Assembly: GCA_964016885.1 (NCBI GenBank)
Contig: OZ024742.1
Span: 369,520,001 to 369,584,000, forward strand
DNA: 64,000 nucleotides
Origin: Eledone cirrhosa
Lineage: Eukaryota
Direction: 5' to 3'
The translations under genes and the position numbers were made by a program. Shown here piece after piece: positions 28,406 through 39,842 of the stretch. The notes under the pieces are model-generated. The model was not told the DNA's origin, did no database searches, and saw only the letters and a program-made list of their open reading frames with translations. Every line of letters starts with the position of its first letter. The first letter of the stretch is position 1.

Positions 28406-30168
28406 CGTGTGTGTGTGTGTGCGTGTGTGGGTAATCCTGTTGTCTGTCTGTATGTGTGGTGGTGGAAGGTGAAGTACGCGTGGTCGCAGAGGACATCCAT
28501 TGCTACGGCCTCCTTCCGACGGACATACACCAGCTTTTGTCCTTCACAGTAGACAACACGTACTTCACCTTCCACCACCACACATACAGACAGACAACAG
28601 GATTACCCATGGGATCCAGCCTATCGGGCCTGCTGGCCATCACCTATATGAACCCGCTATAATGCCGAGCCCTCAACACCTGCCATTCCCATACCTTCTT
28701 CACCCGATATGTAGATGACATACTCATCCTTACATCATCCCGTGAGGAGGCGGATAAAATATACACATCATTCTCCAGCATGGACGCCAGTATAATGTTC
28801 AGCATGGAACACCCCGATGACCGCGGATCCCTATCCCTACTGGACTTCCAACTCAGGGTAACAGAGGAAGGCAACATCCACACTTGCTTCTATAAAAAAG
28901 CCGCCAGCAGGGACCTGTTCGTACATTTCAGATCGGCCCTCCCAGCCAGCGCTAAGTTCGGATACATAAGGAACGAACTACACGTATCCGGAACAAATGC
29001 ACCGACGCTAGAGACCGAGACACACACACCACACATTTCCTGGAAGTACTCAAACTGAACGGATACACGACATCCACCACAAACTGTGCCAGAAAGAACA
29101 GAGGATACCACACCCGAGGCACTAACACTTGCTTCCTGAAGCTCCCACACTTCAGTGACGAAACAACAGCCATCCGCAGAGCTATGAGACGAGAGGGACT
29201 AGATATCCAACTGGCCCACTCAGGTCCTTCTCTACGCGGACAGCTAACCAAAAGACACTCCACCAGACATGACAACCGCTGAAGGCTAGCCAACTGCCCC
29301 ATCAACGACACAGACCTATGCCACCAGGCTTACGTCGTATACAGACTAGAGTGCGACAAATGCAGCAACTTCTACGTAGGTAGCACCACCAGACCACTCC
29401 ACATAAGAATAAAAGAACACCTCAATACTAACGCTTCCTCATTTAAGAAACACCTAGTTAAATGCAAAAACACCGACAAAACCATAACAGTTAGGATAGA
29501 AACTAAGGAAAGAAACCTCGGCAATCTTAGAATTAAGGAAGCACTAATTATAGACAAAACACAACCACCAATCAATAATAGACTAAAACTCAACACCCAA
29601 TTTATAACTTGATATAGCATCTAGCCCCATATTTACACCCCCCTCCCACACACACGCACACACACACGCACACACACACACACACACACACATACACACG
29701 CTTACACCTCCACTTATTCTCTCTCACACACACACATACACACACAAAGACCAGTTCTAACACGAGATAACATCTATCCCCCACATTTACGTATAGACAT
29801 ATCTTCTCACACTCACACACACACACACATACTTACACCTCACACATTCTCCCACACACTGAAACAGGCATGTACAAAAAAAAACTTTTAAAGGGAGACT
29901 ACTCTTTATCCACCTAACCTTAACTCTTTGACATTAGAGATAGAACAGATACTCTATACCATTTCCTGTCAGCATGACTTGGCTAGCTATTTAGAACACT
30001 GGTTTAACCGCTTTACTTCCCTCCGAAGAAGAGATATTATCTTGAAAATTAAGGACATTTAAATAAATCTAAGGTAAAAGACTAATTGTCAAAAATATCT
30101 TTTGCATTTGCATTTTTTATTCTATGTCCATACCTGCATTGTTTTGGCTTTATTATACATATACAAAC

Positions 30169-30175
<7 letters not shown>
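27849..30175 (+). mobile_element. Penelope-like element: 5'-truncated RT + GIY-YIG body between inverted pseudo-LTRs
   Basis: Body 28490-29610 encodes [32 protein letters not shown] and VVYRLECDKCSNFYVGSTTRPLHIRIKEH, with stops and frameshifts. 27849-~28430 is the near-identical reverse complement of ~29646-30175. (TA)n tracts lie on both sides. Confidence 0.92.
30020..30054 (+). ncRNA. Degenerate minimal hammerhead motif in the PLE pseudo-LTR (mirror copy 27970-28004, minus strand)
   Basis: CCU-CCGAAGA-A-GAGAU(AUU)AUCUU-GAAA-AU-UA/AGG. 3-bp stem I, core with U4>C, stem II and a very short palindromic stem III. Confidence 0.5.
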
Positions 30176-30221
<46 letters not shown>

Positions 30222-30223
30222 TG

Positions 30224-30358
30224 AAAATAGACCGAGAAACAGGACTGTCCATCATCAGTAGTGTGCTGATTATCATTGGTAGTTCTTCGCATTAAAGACT
30301 AATGATAAACACCAGACTTCTGATGATGGACAGTCCTTCCTGTTTCTCGGTCTATTTT
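30224..30358. repeat. Short fold-back, ~55-bp imperfect inverted arms, between (TA)n tracts
   Basis: AAAATAGACCGAGAAACAGGACTGTCCATCATCAG versus CTGATGATGGACAGTCC(TTCC)TGTTTCTCGGTCTATTTT. Confidence 0.85.
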
Positions 30359-30405
30359 TATCCATATGTTCACATTCGCAACAACGCAGCACGCCATTTT
30401 TTCAT

Positions 30406-30478
<73 letters not shown>

Positions 30479-30690
30479 CATTTAAACGGAGCTAAGTTTA
30501 AAATGTAACTTTGATGAAATAACAGATAAATGTCACAGACCATCTTCTGTGAGGAAGAGTCAGATAAAATTTATCTAGTCTGTCCTCTTAGCCCGTAAAA
30601 ATTAACTAGACAAACAATCACTTAAACGGAGCTAAGTCTAAAATGCAAGTTTGAATAAAAAATGTATATAAACTTTACCAAAGTTCCTCT

Positions 30691-30778
30691 AGTCCCGACT
30701 ATCGATAGTTTCACTCGTACTTTGAGGATATGTCCAATCCTGGTATTATCCATGAGGTTTAGAGCTTCTCAAGAGACT
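30691..30778 (-). ncRNA. Type-I hammerhead ribozyme with U3-A8 core and extended stem II
   Basis: Minus strand: AGUCUC-UUGAGAA-GCUC[~45 nt, inner GGAUA/UAUCC]GAGU-GAA-ACUAUCGAUAGU-C/GGGACU. 6-bp stem I, palindromic stem III, GUC cleavage triplet. Confidence 0.8.
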
Positions 30779-31112
30779 CCTTCAGTGATCGCCACCAGGA
30801 ATGAATTCTAAAGAGATAAGTATCATCACGTGTCTAGGGGTCAAAGTAGAAGGCTGTGAAGGGTAGGCCGGATGGCAGGTAGGTTCACTGCTAGAAAGAG
30901 CAGTTAGTTACCGCCTAAGGTTTACTCTACCGAAAGGGAGTATAGAATAAATTCATAAGCATATATATGTGTATATTTTAGACATAGTCACATATATGTA
31001 GTCTGCAGTGCTGAAACCGAGGAGACCATTAATCATGGAATTTTAACTGGTCAGTCTATCTACATACACACACAGTTTGAAATTAGAAAATAGAAGCTTT
31101 CACCGTATTTTT

Positions 31113-31369
31113 TGACTAAAGAAATGTTAGCCTGATAATGGGGTTTAGAACCCTCAGAGAAATGGAAAAAGATGAGTATTGGCGTACATGGGAGTAGAAC
31201 CCACATCTTTGGTTATTCAGACCACTGTGCTACCATTACACCAACACATCACCCATCTCCTTCCATTCAAATTAGAAGATGTGGGTTCCACTCCCACGTA
31301 CGTCAATACTCATCTTTTTCCATTTCTCTGAGAGTTCTAAACCCCATTATCAGGCTAAAATTTCTTTAG

Positions 31370-31372
<3 letters not shown>
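31113..31372. repeat. Fold-back with ~96-bp inverted arms overlapping a tRNA-like head
   Basis: 31113-31209 is the reverse complement of 31276-31372 with about 5 mismatches. Confidence 0.9.
31180..31250 (-). pseudogene. tRNA-derived sequence (pseudo-tRNA or SINE head)
   Basis: GATGTGTTGGTGTAATGGTAGCACAGTGGTCTGAATAACCAAAGATGTGGGTTCTACTCCCATGTACGCCA has an A box TGGTGTAATGG, D stem GTG/CAC, T arm TGGG-TTCTACT-CCCA and a decayed acceptor stem. Confidence 0.7.
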
Positions 31373-31400
<28 letters not shown>

Positions 31401-31480
31401 CTATATTATATTTTGAGAATAAACTCTCAGTCGTTTACAATAATTAAGCTCCAAGAAAAGGAGCTTTTCCGAGCAGTTAA

Positions 31481-32265
31481 ATACATTAAAATATATGATA
31501 AACACGAAACGTGTTTACATTGCAACAGACAAAGTTAGCTATTAATGAAATAAACTAATTAAAGTGAATACAATTTGTCTGTCTCGATATAAGTCAATAA
31601 AGACAAGCTTATATTGGCAACGGCCATGATTCCTGGACAGATTTAAATTTCAAAATCCAAACCTGTTCCGTAGACGAATTTGAACCTCGAAACCTAAATC
31701 CGTTTCGCAACGGTGGTATGTGAATTGAAAAATAAAGAGAATCGAAATGGAATAGAAATAAAAAGTGAAATATTCAAATCTTCTGTGCTTATCAACAGGA
31801 ATCCAGTAAAATTAGTACATCTCACATCATTTCTAGCACTGTTATTTCTAGCACCGTGAATGCGAGATGGCTAGTTTGGCCTGGCTACACACGTGCAGTT
31901 AGACCTGCAAAATTTTTGATGTGAGATGTACTAATTTTACTGGATTCCTGTTGATAAGCACAGAAGATTTGAATATTTCACTTTTTATTTCTATTCCATT
32001 TCGATTCTCTTTATTTTTCAATTCACATACCACCGTTGCGAAACGGATTTAGGTTTCGAGGTTCAAATTCGTCTACGGAACAGGTTTGGATTTTGAAATT
32101 TAAATCTGTCCAGGAATCATGGCCGTTGCCAATATAAGCTTGTCTTTATTGACTTATATCGAGACAGACAAATTGTATTCACTTTAATTAGTTTATTTCA
32201 TTAATAGCTAACTTTGTCTGTTGCAATGTAAACACGTTTCGTGTTTATCATATATTTTAATGTAT
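31481..32265. repeat. Fold-back with 349-bp apparently identical inverted arms and an 87-bp spacer
   Basis: 31481-31829 is the reverse complement of 31917-32265; no mismatch noticed by eye. Confidence 0.95.
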
Positions 32266-32507
32266 ATATATACTAGACATATATATATATATACTAGACA
32301 TATCCAGTTCATTCCCCTTTGGAGAATGCTTTCTGTAGATGGCAATAGATAGGAATACATAAATTCATATACAGGTACAACTGAAATTGTGTGTTGCAGA
32401 AGATAGTGTTTTATTTTGCTGTCATTTCTAGAAAACCAGTTACCACAACCTTGATAGATAGGAATACTTAGAGACAGAAAGAGGGATAAATAGATACAAC
32501 TGAATAT

Positions 32508-32509
<2 letters not shown>

Positions 32510-32600
<91 letters not shown>

Positions 32601-32607
32601 CGTGTGT
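32510..32607. repeat. (GT)n microsatellite
   Basis: Direct reading. Confidence 0.95.
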
Positions 32608-32735
32608 GGAAGAAGCTAAGGTTTTATTTCGTCGACATTTTTAGCAAGACAGGTTACCGCAACAAGTCTCTTTACTCCATGTACGACAGACACCACGCAC
32701 ACAGACATATAGATAAAGGAACAACCGCAGGCCCT

Positions 32736-35570
32736 CTAACAAAAGTACCCGGCGTTGTTCGGGGATGTTAAAGGAAGTTATGTAAGAGCTTCTGGGTAAA
32801 CAACATTCTTTGTTTTCTGGTTCGGGGCATATACAAATAACTCTTGTAAACTACCCACCCTGAAGCAACCAACATAAAGTTGACCATGAGAAAAGCAAGG
32901 CTCAATTAAGTGCAAGCCAGTAGATTTCAAAGTCTGACCTTGAGCTTCATTAATAGACATTGCGAAGAAAATCTCACTGGGAATTGTGTTCGTTTGAACT
33001 CAGATAGTATGTCTGTTGGTTTGATTGGAATTCTTGTAATTAAAACCTTTTCCCCAGAGGCATATTCAAAGATGATGGTAGCTTCTATCACATTAGGTGA
33101 TAATGTCTTCACAATCAACCTTGTCCCATTGAATAATTTAGGAGGATCTAAATTTCATAGAAGAATTATTGGGACCCAAACTTCAGGAAAAGTTTATGTG
33201 GAGGAGTTCCAGGTGGCTCAAGAGAATTAAGGAACTCTGTTGAGTAGTGAACAGCTTGATTTTCATCAAGGACTGAATCAACTGATTTGTACTCCTTAAT
33301 TACGGCTGGAGTCTTATTCATTAGCTCATGGTTAATCTTTGCTACTGTCTCATTTTTGGGAGCAAGAATTGTCCTTTCACACAATTATTTATGTGAATTA
33401 TAATTATTACTTAAGTCCGGAAATACCCTGTTCTTCAATTCAGCTGGGAAATTCACCATTATAGCAATATGAGCCAAATTGATATAACCATTCCGGTCAA
33501 TTGGTACTTTCCCATTTCCTAATTGGAGGAGTCGGGTTGAAAACTGTTCTGCACGTTGGCCCCCATGTAGTAAAGCTCGCATGTTAGTATTGAAGGAGAA
33601 TTTCTATACTTTATTCCTCGGGTACGAAGACTTAATACATGCTTTTATTTCATCAGCTCTTGTTCCTCTCAGAATGACTGGTAATGTCTGCCTGAAGTCT
33701 CCTGATAAAACTAATGTAACTCCTACCATAGATGTATTGTTGCCTCTTATGTCCTGTAAGGTCTTATCAAGAGCTTCCATTACTCCTCTATGTGACATGG
33801 TGCATTCGTCCCAAATGATCAGGTGGCATTGGTGCAACACTTCTGCTGAACCTGAACCTTTGCTTATGTTATAAATTGGACTGTCATTTGTGACTAGGTT
33901 TAGCGGTAATTTAAAAGCAGAATGAGCTCTTCATCTTTCTGGAAGAAGGGTGGCAGCAATGCCAAAGATGCTACAGCAACTGCAATTCTTTTTTGTTGCG
34001 TTACCTGGAGGGAACCAATGTTGTTACAAATACTTTACCTGTAACACCAGGAGCATCAAGAAAGAAAATTCCTCTGACTGACGAAATGATTTCATAATAT
34101 GCCCAGCATTGTTCTGCAAGACGTTTAGACCCCTGTTTATTCACAAATGCAGCCAACTCTGTGATGTCATAATTTGTCTCTCTTGCAAACTCTCTTGAAG
34201 TTAACGCACTAATTTGATGGTTTGTTTTTGGCTGTCCAGAACCCGACTCTTGCAAATATTTGCCTCCCATGGCTAGAACTTGATCCTCAATTTCAATCAA
34301 TGCTTGATTGAAAATTTCTTCACAGAACTGAATATTGATACCTGGGTGTGCATGTTGAACTGCATACTTCAAGTCGCCAGCCATGTCCTCTTGGTGTTTC
34401 ATCCAAAGCTGTAGGGGACTGCCAATTTGGCACATATTCAACATAATGGCAAGAAAGTCACAGAGTTTCCTTGGAGAATCTGACATTGATGCTTCAGTCA
34501 ATGCAAGTTCCCAATGATCATCATTTTATAACAAACCTTTTTGATAGTATGCTTCCCTATAAGCTTCACACACATCACCATTTACTCTCCTCAAATCTTA
34601 GAATGATTTGTAACCACATACTTCATGTAAAATTATCAGTTGAATGATGGCTGGGTGCCTCTCATGAAAGGGAAAATTGAAGATGCGCCAAAAGGCCTCA
34701 TTGCTACTGATGTATCTTCCTCTCTCATACTGTACAACTTCGTCAGTTTTTGTTTATCTGCTGACTGCTATCTGTAAAAGAGTGTATGTTGCAGCATCTA
34801 AACCTTTGTTTATATATTTCTAAACATACTTTATAGACTTAACAGAGCTGCAGAATTCAATATTGATATGGGCTTTGAAAATGTTTGTAAGAGGATTGTC
34901 AATTCTTGCTCATTTCTCATTTTGTTTTCGAAATGAATCCACCCTGCCCAGGTTTTCTTCTCCTGTAAAGGGGGTAGCCCTCTTCTCCAGTTTTGGTTTA
35001 TTGTATAGGGGACGGGGTAGTTCTTGGCACACTTATCCCTCATGCCTGGGGAGGATGGATTATTTGAACCACAGGGCCCATGAATCATGCAGCAAAGGAT
35101 CTTGCTGTGGATCAGGCAGTTCAGCTGAGATAAATAAATCAATATCATTTGGCCAAAGTTTTTCATGTAACCAAAATCAAAATGTGGGCATGTGGTAATC
35201 CTCGTTTTTCCCATTCAATTGTGTCACATTTGACTGGTCCAAAGACTTCACCTTTTTTTAGGAGATCCATCAGCTTTATGACTAAGTCTGAACACCCTAG
35301 CAATAATATGATGGCGATCTCTGGGTCCTTGATGATGATAAAGTTCACTCTTTATTTCATGCCATGTTGGGTTACGTGTGAATGTAATGAAGAGGTATGG
35401 ACGACCATTGTATCTGACATATGTAAGTGTATCTTGGGTACACTCCTGCATATACTGGGGACTTCCTATAAAGCTTGATGGAGAGAATGAGACAAAGTTG
35501 TCCATTGTTATCAGCAGCCAATGTTACGTCATTACTGAGGATATCTCTCAGTCAAATGTAATCTGATATA
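32736..35570 (-). mobile_element. Decayed autonomous Helitron (HUH Rep + PIF1-family helicase)
   Basis: Fragments appear in the correct order: SSFIGSPQYMQE...GRPYLFITFTRNPTW, IEWEKRGLPHAHIL (HUH), FFLDAPGVTGK (Walker A), LIIWDECTM, LSGDFRQTLPV, QFPVR, SINEAQGQTL, FSHGQLYVG, TKNVVYPEAL*. A 3' hairpin CCCGAACAACGCCGGG is followed by TTAG at 32736-32739. Many stops and frameshifts. Confidence 0.93.
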
Positions 35571-35764
35571 TTTACCCTATAGGGTTTTACTTATTGTTTC
35601 GACTTCCTCCCCCTCCCCATCCCTAGTATACTTCCTTGACCTGCTGCCCTGCTGTAGTTGGCACTATCAACGCACGAATGGGTTTCCTCCACCCCCTCAC
35701 CCTCTTTCTTCTACTGGCAGGTTCAGCTACCCCTTTCTTCCACAAATTGCCATGATAGAATTAT

Positions 35765-35857
35765 CCCCTGAGAAGCTCAGCTATTCATGTACCGGGATAA
35801 AAATGTTCATTTAGTCCAGAATTAGCCGTCGAAACGGCCTGAGCTCAGCCGTCGGGG
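35765..35857 (+). ncRNA. Hammerhead ribozyme, family-A copy with damaged core
   Basis: CCC-CUGAGAA-G[~55 nt]C-GAA-ACGGC(CUGAGCUCA)GCCGU-C/GGGG. Homologous to 38521-38614 (-) and 58611-58655 (+). Confidence 0.65.
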
Positions 35858-35868
35858 TCCTACTCGTT

Positions 35869-35924
<56 letters not shown>

Positions 35925-35972
35925 AGAGTATTGAAGTTTGCTTGAAGCATTGTGGAACAATAAGTAAATATC

Positions 35973-36546
35973 TTTAAGTCGTTTGGAAGCCTCGACAATG
36001 CAAATGGGTAAATCTCCGGGTAACAAGGTCCGGTGGTGGAGAGAGAGATGTAAGTGGGTGTACGTTGAGATGCGTGGTGTGTATAAGATGTGTGACATGT
36101 GTAGAATGAAGGGAAGAGTATAAAAGATAAAATAAAAATAACACAAGAGAGAGTTACCTTGGGAGAGATTTAATAGTGCCTATATATTTCGGATTCACAT
36201 CCATCAACTGGGGTTTTTTTCCAGGGTGGGGGAAAACAACAGACAGCGAAAGACGCGTTCCGGACTTGTCCGACAGACAACCTTTTCCCCTACCCCGGAA
36301 AAAAACCCCAGTTGATGGATGTGAATCCGAAATATATAGGGACTATTAAATCTCTCCCAAGGTAACTCTCTCTTGTGTTGTTATTTTTATTTTTATCCTT
36401 TATACTCTTCCCTTCATTCTACACATGTCACACATCTTATACACACCACGCATCTCAACGTACACCCACTTACATCTCTCTCTCCACCACCGGACCTTGT
36501 TACCCGGAGATATACCCATTTGCATTGTCGAGGCTTCCAAACGACT

Positions 36547-36550
<4 letters not shown>
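35973..36550. repeat. Fold-back with ~265-bp inverted arms and ~46-bp spacer; each arm has a degenerate hammerhead
   Basis: 35973-36236 is the reverse complement of 36283-36550 with few mismatches. 36306-36341 reads CCC-CAGUUGA-U-GGAU(GUGA)AUCC-GAA-AUAUAU-A/GGG. Confidence 0.93.
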
Positions 36551-36585
<35 letters not shown>

Positions 36586-36687
36586 GGAAAAAGTGAAACG
36601 AAATTTCATTTCTCACTCTTAGTACGGCTGTTACTTAAATATAAGTATGTATACGTACATACATATATGTATACAGACGTACAGTAG

Positions 36688-36738
<51 letters not shown>

Positions 36739-36745
36739 ATATATA

Positions 36746-36773
36746 TAACATCAGGATTTTTCTGAATGTTATT

Positions 36774-36859
<86 letters not shown>

Positions 36860-36888
36860 AATAACATTCAGAAAAATCCTGATGTTAA
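36746..36888. repeat. Palindrome: ~30-bp unique arms around an (AT)n centre
   Basis: TAACATCAGGATTTTTCTGAATGTTATTCTT-(AT)n-AAGAATAACATTCAGAAAAATCCTGATGTTA. Confidence 0.95.
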
Positions 36889-37002
36889 ATAAATCGTTTA
36901 TTCATAATAATTATTTCAACGCTTCCCTTATGCAATCCATGATGTAACGTATGGATTTGTTGGTATCTTCAGATGAAAATCCGATTTTGTGATATGCCGC
37001 AA

Positions 37003-37060
37003 GCAAAAACACGTGTTTCTTCCTGTGTGCCCTGCTGACATATGAATTCTTCAATCCAGC
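37003..37060 (-). ncRNA. Degenerate hammerhead motif
   Basis: GGA-UUGAAGA-A-UUCAUAUG...CACAGGAA-GAA-ACACGUGU-U/UUU. Palindromic stem III, mismatched stem II, weak stem I. Confidence 0.45.
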
Positions 37061-37364
37061 CGTTGTGTTTACAATTTGTGGAGTGAGGTGTTATCTACGT
37101 GTCAATTAGTGAATCTCATCTCATACACCTACCATAGATTCGTGGTTATCAAAGGAATATCTTTCCCATCCATACGAGGGGCCGGTTCTAGACAGTCTAT
37201 GTATAACTAAATTTCGTTAGTGGGTAAAATAGACTATGAGTGTGTGTGATATAACCACTGTGAGGTCAGCTACTGCTGAGACAACAACAATAACGACCAT
37301 GATGTCAACAGCCAGAACCGTAGCAGCAGTCATAATAATAGACTTTTAACAACAGCTACAGCCG

Positions 37365-37527
37365 CAACCTGGTGCAGTCTGCAACTAACCCAGGTTCTGC
37401 TGCACGTCGGACTGAGGAGGCTAAACTCTTTAAATACCGGTCGCTCTCCGACAGATTTGCGGTTGTACCCTTGGCAGTGGAGACTTCTGGTGTCCTCGGC
37501 CCTAGGACTACCTCATTACTCACCACT
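37365..37527 (+). mobile_element. Fragment of a restriction-like endonuclease domain (CRE/NeSL-type non-LTR element)
   Basis: GSAARRTEEAKLFKYRSLSDRFAVVPLAVETSGVLG fits the AA..E..K..KY...P.A.ET.G..G signature of RLE-encoding LINEs. Confidence 0.75.
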
Positions 37528-38017
37528 ATTACATTTATTGTATTCAGCCATGTAAAGCGAAATTTTCTTTTTTATTTGAATTTGGCAAAGCCGGCCATTT
37601 ATCGCTTGCATACAGGAAGCTGATTGGCCAGTCTGCTGATATGCAAATCTGACTGATCAGTGAATCTGCTAATATGCAGATCTGACTGATCAGCCAGTCT
37701 GCTAATATGCAAATCAGGACGATCAGTCACTGTGTACTTTTGAAAATAGCATATATTTTCACTAGCTCTGACAGTTTGGCAGGTGAACAGTGAGCTGTAC
37801 TGATGAAGGGTGATGCCCAGAAACATTAGTGTTTGCAGTTCTGTTCACATGCCAACACAAGAGCAAGAATGAAGGGTTCATTCTACTGACAGTGCTGATT
37901 TGCATATCAGCAGATGGCCAGTCAGTTTCCTGTATACGAGCGATAAATGGGCGGCTTTGCCAAATTCAAATAAAAAAGAAAATTTCGCTCTACATGGCTG
38001 AATACAATAAATGTAAT
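37528..38017. mobile_element. MITE-like or fold-back element with ~120-bp imperfect inverted termini and internal 27-bp tandem repeats
   Basis: ATTACATTTATTGTATTCAGCCATG...GATATGCAAATC versus its reverse complement at 37897-38017. A unit ~CAGTCTGCTAATATGCAAATCTGACTG repeats 3-4 times at 37620-37725. Confidence 0.75.
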
Positions 38018-38040
38018 CTGAGTTTTTCGAATATTAATAA

Positions 38041-38228
38041 TTGTTTCTACTTTAGGCACAAGGCCAGTAATTACCCAGTTCATTACTGGTACTTTATTTT
38101 ATCGACCCCGTAAGGATGAAAGGCAAAGTTAACCTCGGTGGGATTTGAACTCAGATCGTAAAGGGACGTAACTATGCTGGAAAGCATGGCGTCCGACCCT
38201 CTACCGATACTGCCAATCCACCGCCCTT
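38041..38228 (-). mobile_element. tRNA-derived SINE, copy 1
   Basis: Minus strand has A-box-like TGGCAGTATCGG, B box GAGTTCAAATCC and body GCCTTTCATCCTTACGGGGTCGATAAAATAAAGTACCAG. Three copies in the window. Confidence 0.85.
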
Positions 38229-38520
38229 TTCGAATATTAATAATAACATGCCAACACAAGAGCAAGAATGAAGAGTTCATTCTACTGACATGGCTATAAA
38301 ATTGAGGCTTGTTTGCATAATTGCAAACGAATCGAATGTTATTATTAATATTCGAAAAACTCAGATTACATTTATTATATTCAGCCATGTAGAGCGAAGT
38401 TTTCTTTTATATATATATATATATATAACAAAGGAATTGTGGTAAGGAACCAGATGGACTATAACGCACCAGATTACTCAATACTTAGGGTAGTAGAGTG
38501 GGAAATAGGAAAAAGTATGA

Positions 38521-38614
38521 CCCCGACGGCAGAGCTCAAGCCGTTTCGACGGCTATTTCTGGACTAAAGTACAATTTTTAGCCTGGTGAATAAATAGCCG
38601 AACTTTTCAAGGGG
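38521..38614 (-). ncRNA. Type-I hammerhead ribozyme, family A, with U3-A8 core and extended stem II
   Basis: Minus strand: CCCC-UUGAAAA-GUUCGGCUAUUU[~33 nt]AAAUAGCCGUC-GAA-ACGGC(UUGAGCUCU)GCCGU-C/GGGG. Confidence 0.8.
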
Positions 38615-39424
38615 CTACTTCCTTATATGGGAAGATTGTAGTTGTCAAGAGGATTGGTTAAAATCTGTTGTAAACACAAATAAGTCTATCATGGTATTTG
38701 GTGGGAGGTAGGGGTGACTGAACTTGCCTGTAGAACAATAGGGGAGTGAGTGGAGCGGTCAAGCGTTGAAAGTGATATGTATACAGCAGAATAGTGTATG
38801 AAATGGAGGAGGGAGGTTATAGGATAGGTAAATCGAATGAGAGTAGGAGACAATAAAAGATAATAGAAAGAAATAAAAAAATATATAAAATTAGATAGTG
38901 AGAAAAAAAATCACAATGCTATCTTACAATTACAGGTTAATAAGTTGAGAGCAGAAAAAACTTGTAGAAATTGAGTAGTACCAGAACTGATACAGAATTA
39001 AAGGGGTTTAACACGTCTGCTATAAGTAGTTAGTAAAACGTATTCGGCCAATTCTATCTTAAAAATAGAGGGGTGGGGTAACTGATGTTACAGAGGCTCC
39101 TCCTTCTTTTTCCTTTTTTCCTCTTCCTTCCTTTTTTTTTCAATCTTCTATATCCTTTTATATTTATTTATCATATGTTGGCTGTACACTTCCTTGTTCA
39201 CAAGTGTTTTTTAGGCATCATATCATGTTACCTTATTTTATCTGATGAGAACGCAACTATCGTCCCGGGATGATATTTGTTTTTGAAATTCACATAATAA
39301 AATATATGGAAGTTTTTTAACCTCTTTTAATTTCTTCTTATATATACTCCCGTCCAATAAACTGTTGAGTGCTACTTATCCGATATATGCATAGTTTTAT
39401 TGTCCTACAATAAAACTCACCTCC

Positions 39425-39499
<75 letters not shown>

Positions 39500-39687
39500 T
39501 ATATATACATATATATATATATACATACACACACACATTTAGGAGCGGTATATGTGTGTGTAGTGTTGATAAGTAGTATTACTATCAGCTATTTAGGAGG
39601 ATACTAGGATGTTATCTTGGTCACTCTTGACACCACAACAGCTTCACTTTACCTCACATCTTTATCTTCAAATCACATCAGTTCCCC

Positions 39688-39731
<44 letters not shown>

Positions 39732-39842
39732 CTTCTTCTTCTTCTTCTTCTTCTTCTTCTTCTTCTTCTTCTTCTTCTTCTTCTTCTTCTTCTTCTTCTT
39801 CTTCTTCTTCTTCTTCTTCTTCTTCTTCTTCTTCTTCTTCTT
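39688..39842. repeat. Compound (TTG)n(TTC)n microsatellite
   Basis: Direct reading. Confidence 0.97.

Noticed and set aside
31180-31250. Functional tRNA gene
   Set aside because: The acceptor stem is mismatched, the anticodon arm is irregular, and it is embedded in a repeat.
32778-34501. Host PIF1 helicase gene
   Set aside because: It is intronless, broken, linked to HUH Rep motifs and has a Helitron 3' end.
36245-36280. GGAACGCGUC hammerhead-like 3' half in the fold-back spacer
   Set aside because: GAAA is mutated and there is no upstream CUGANGA.
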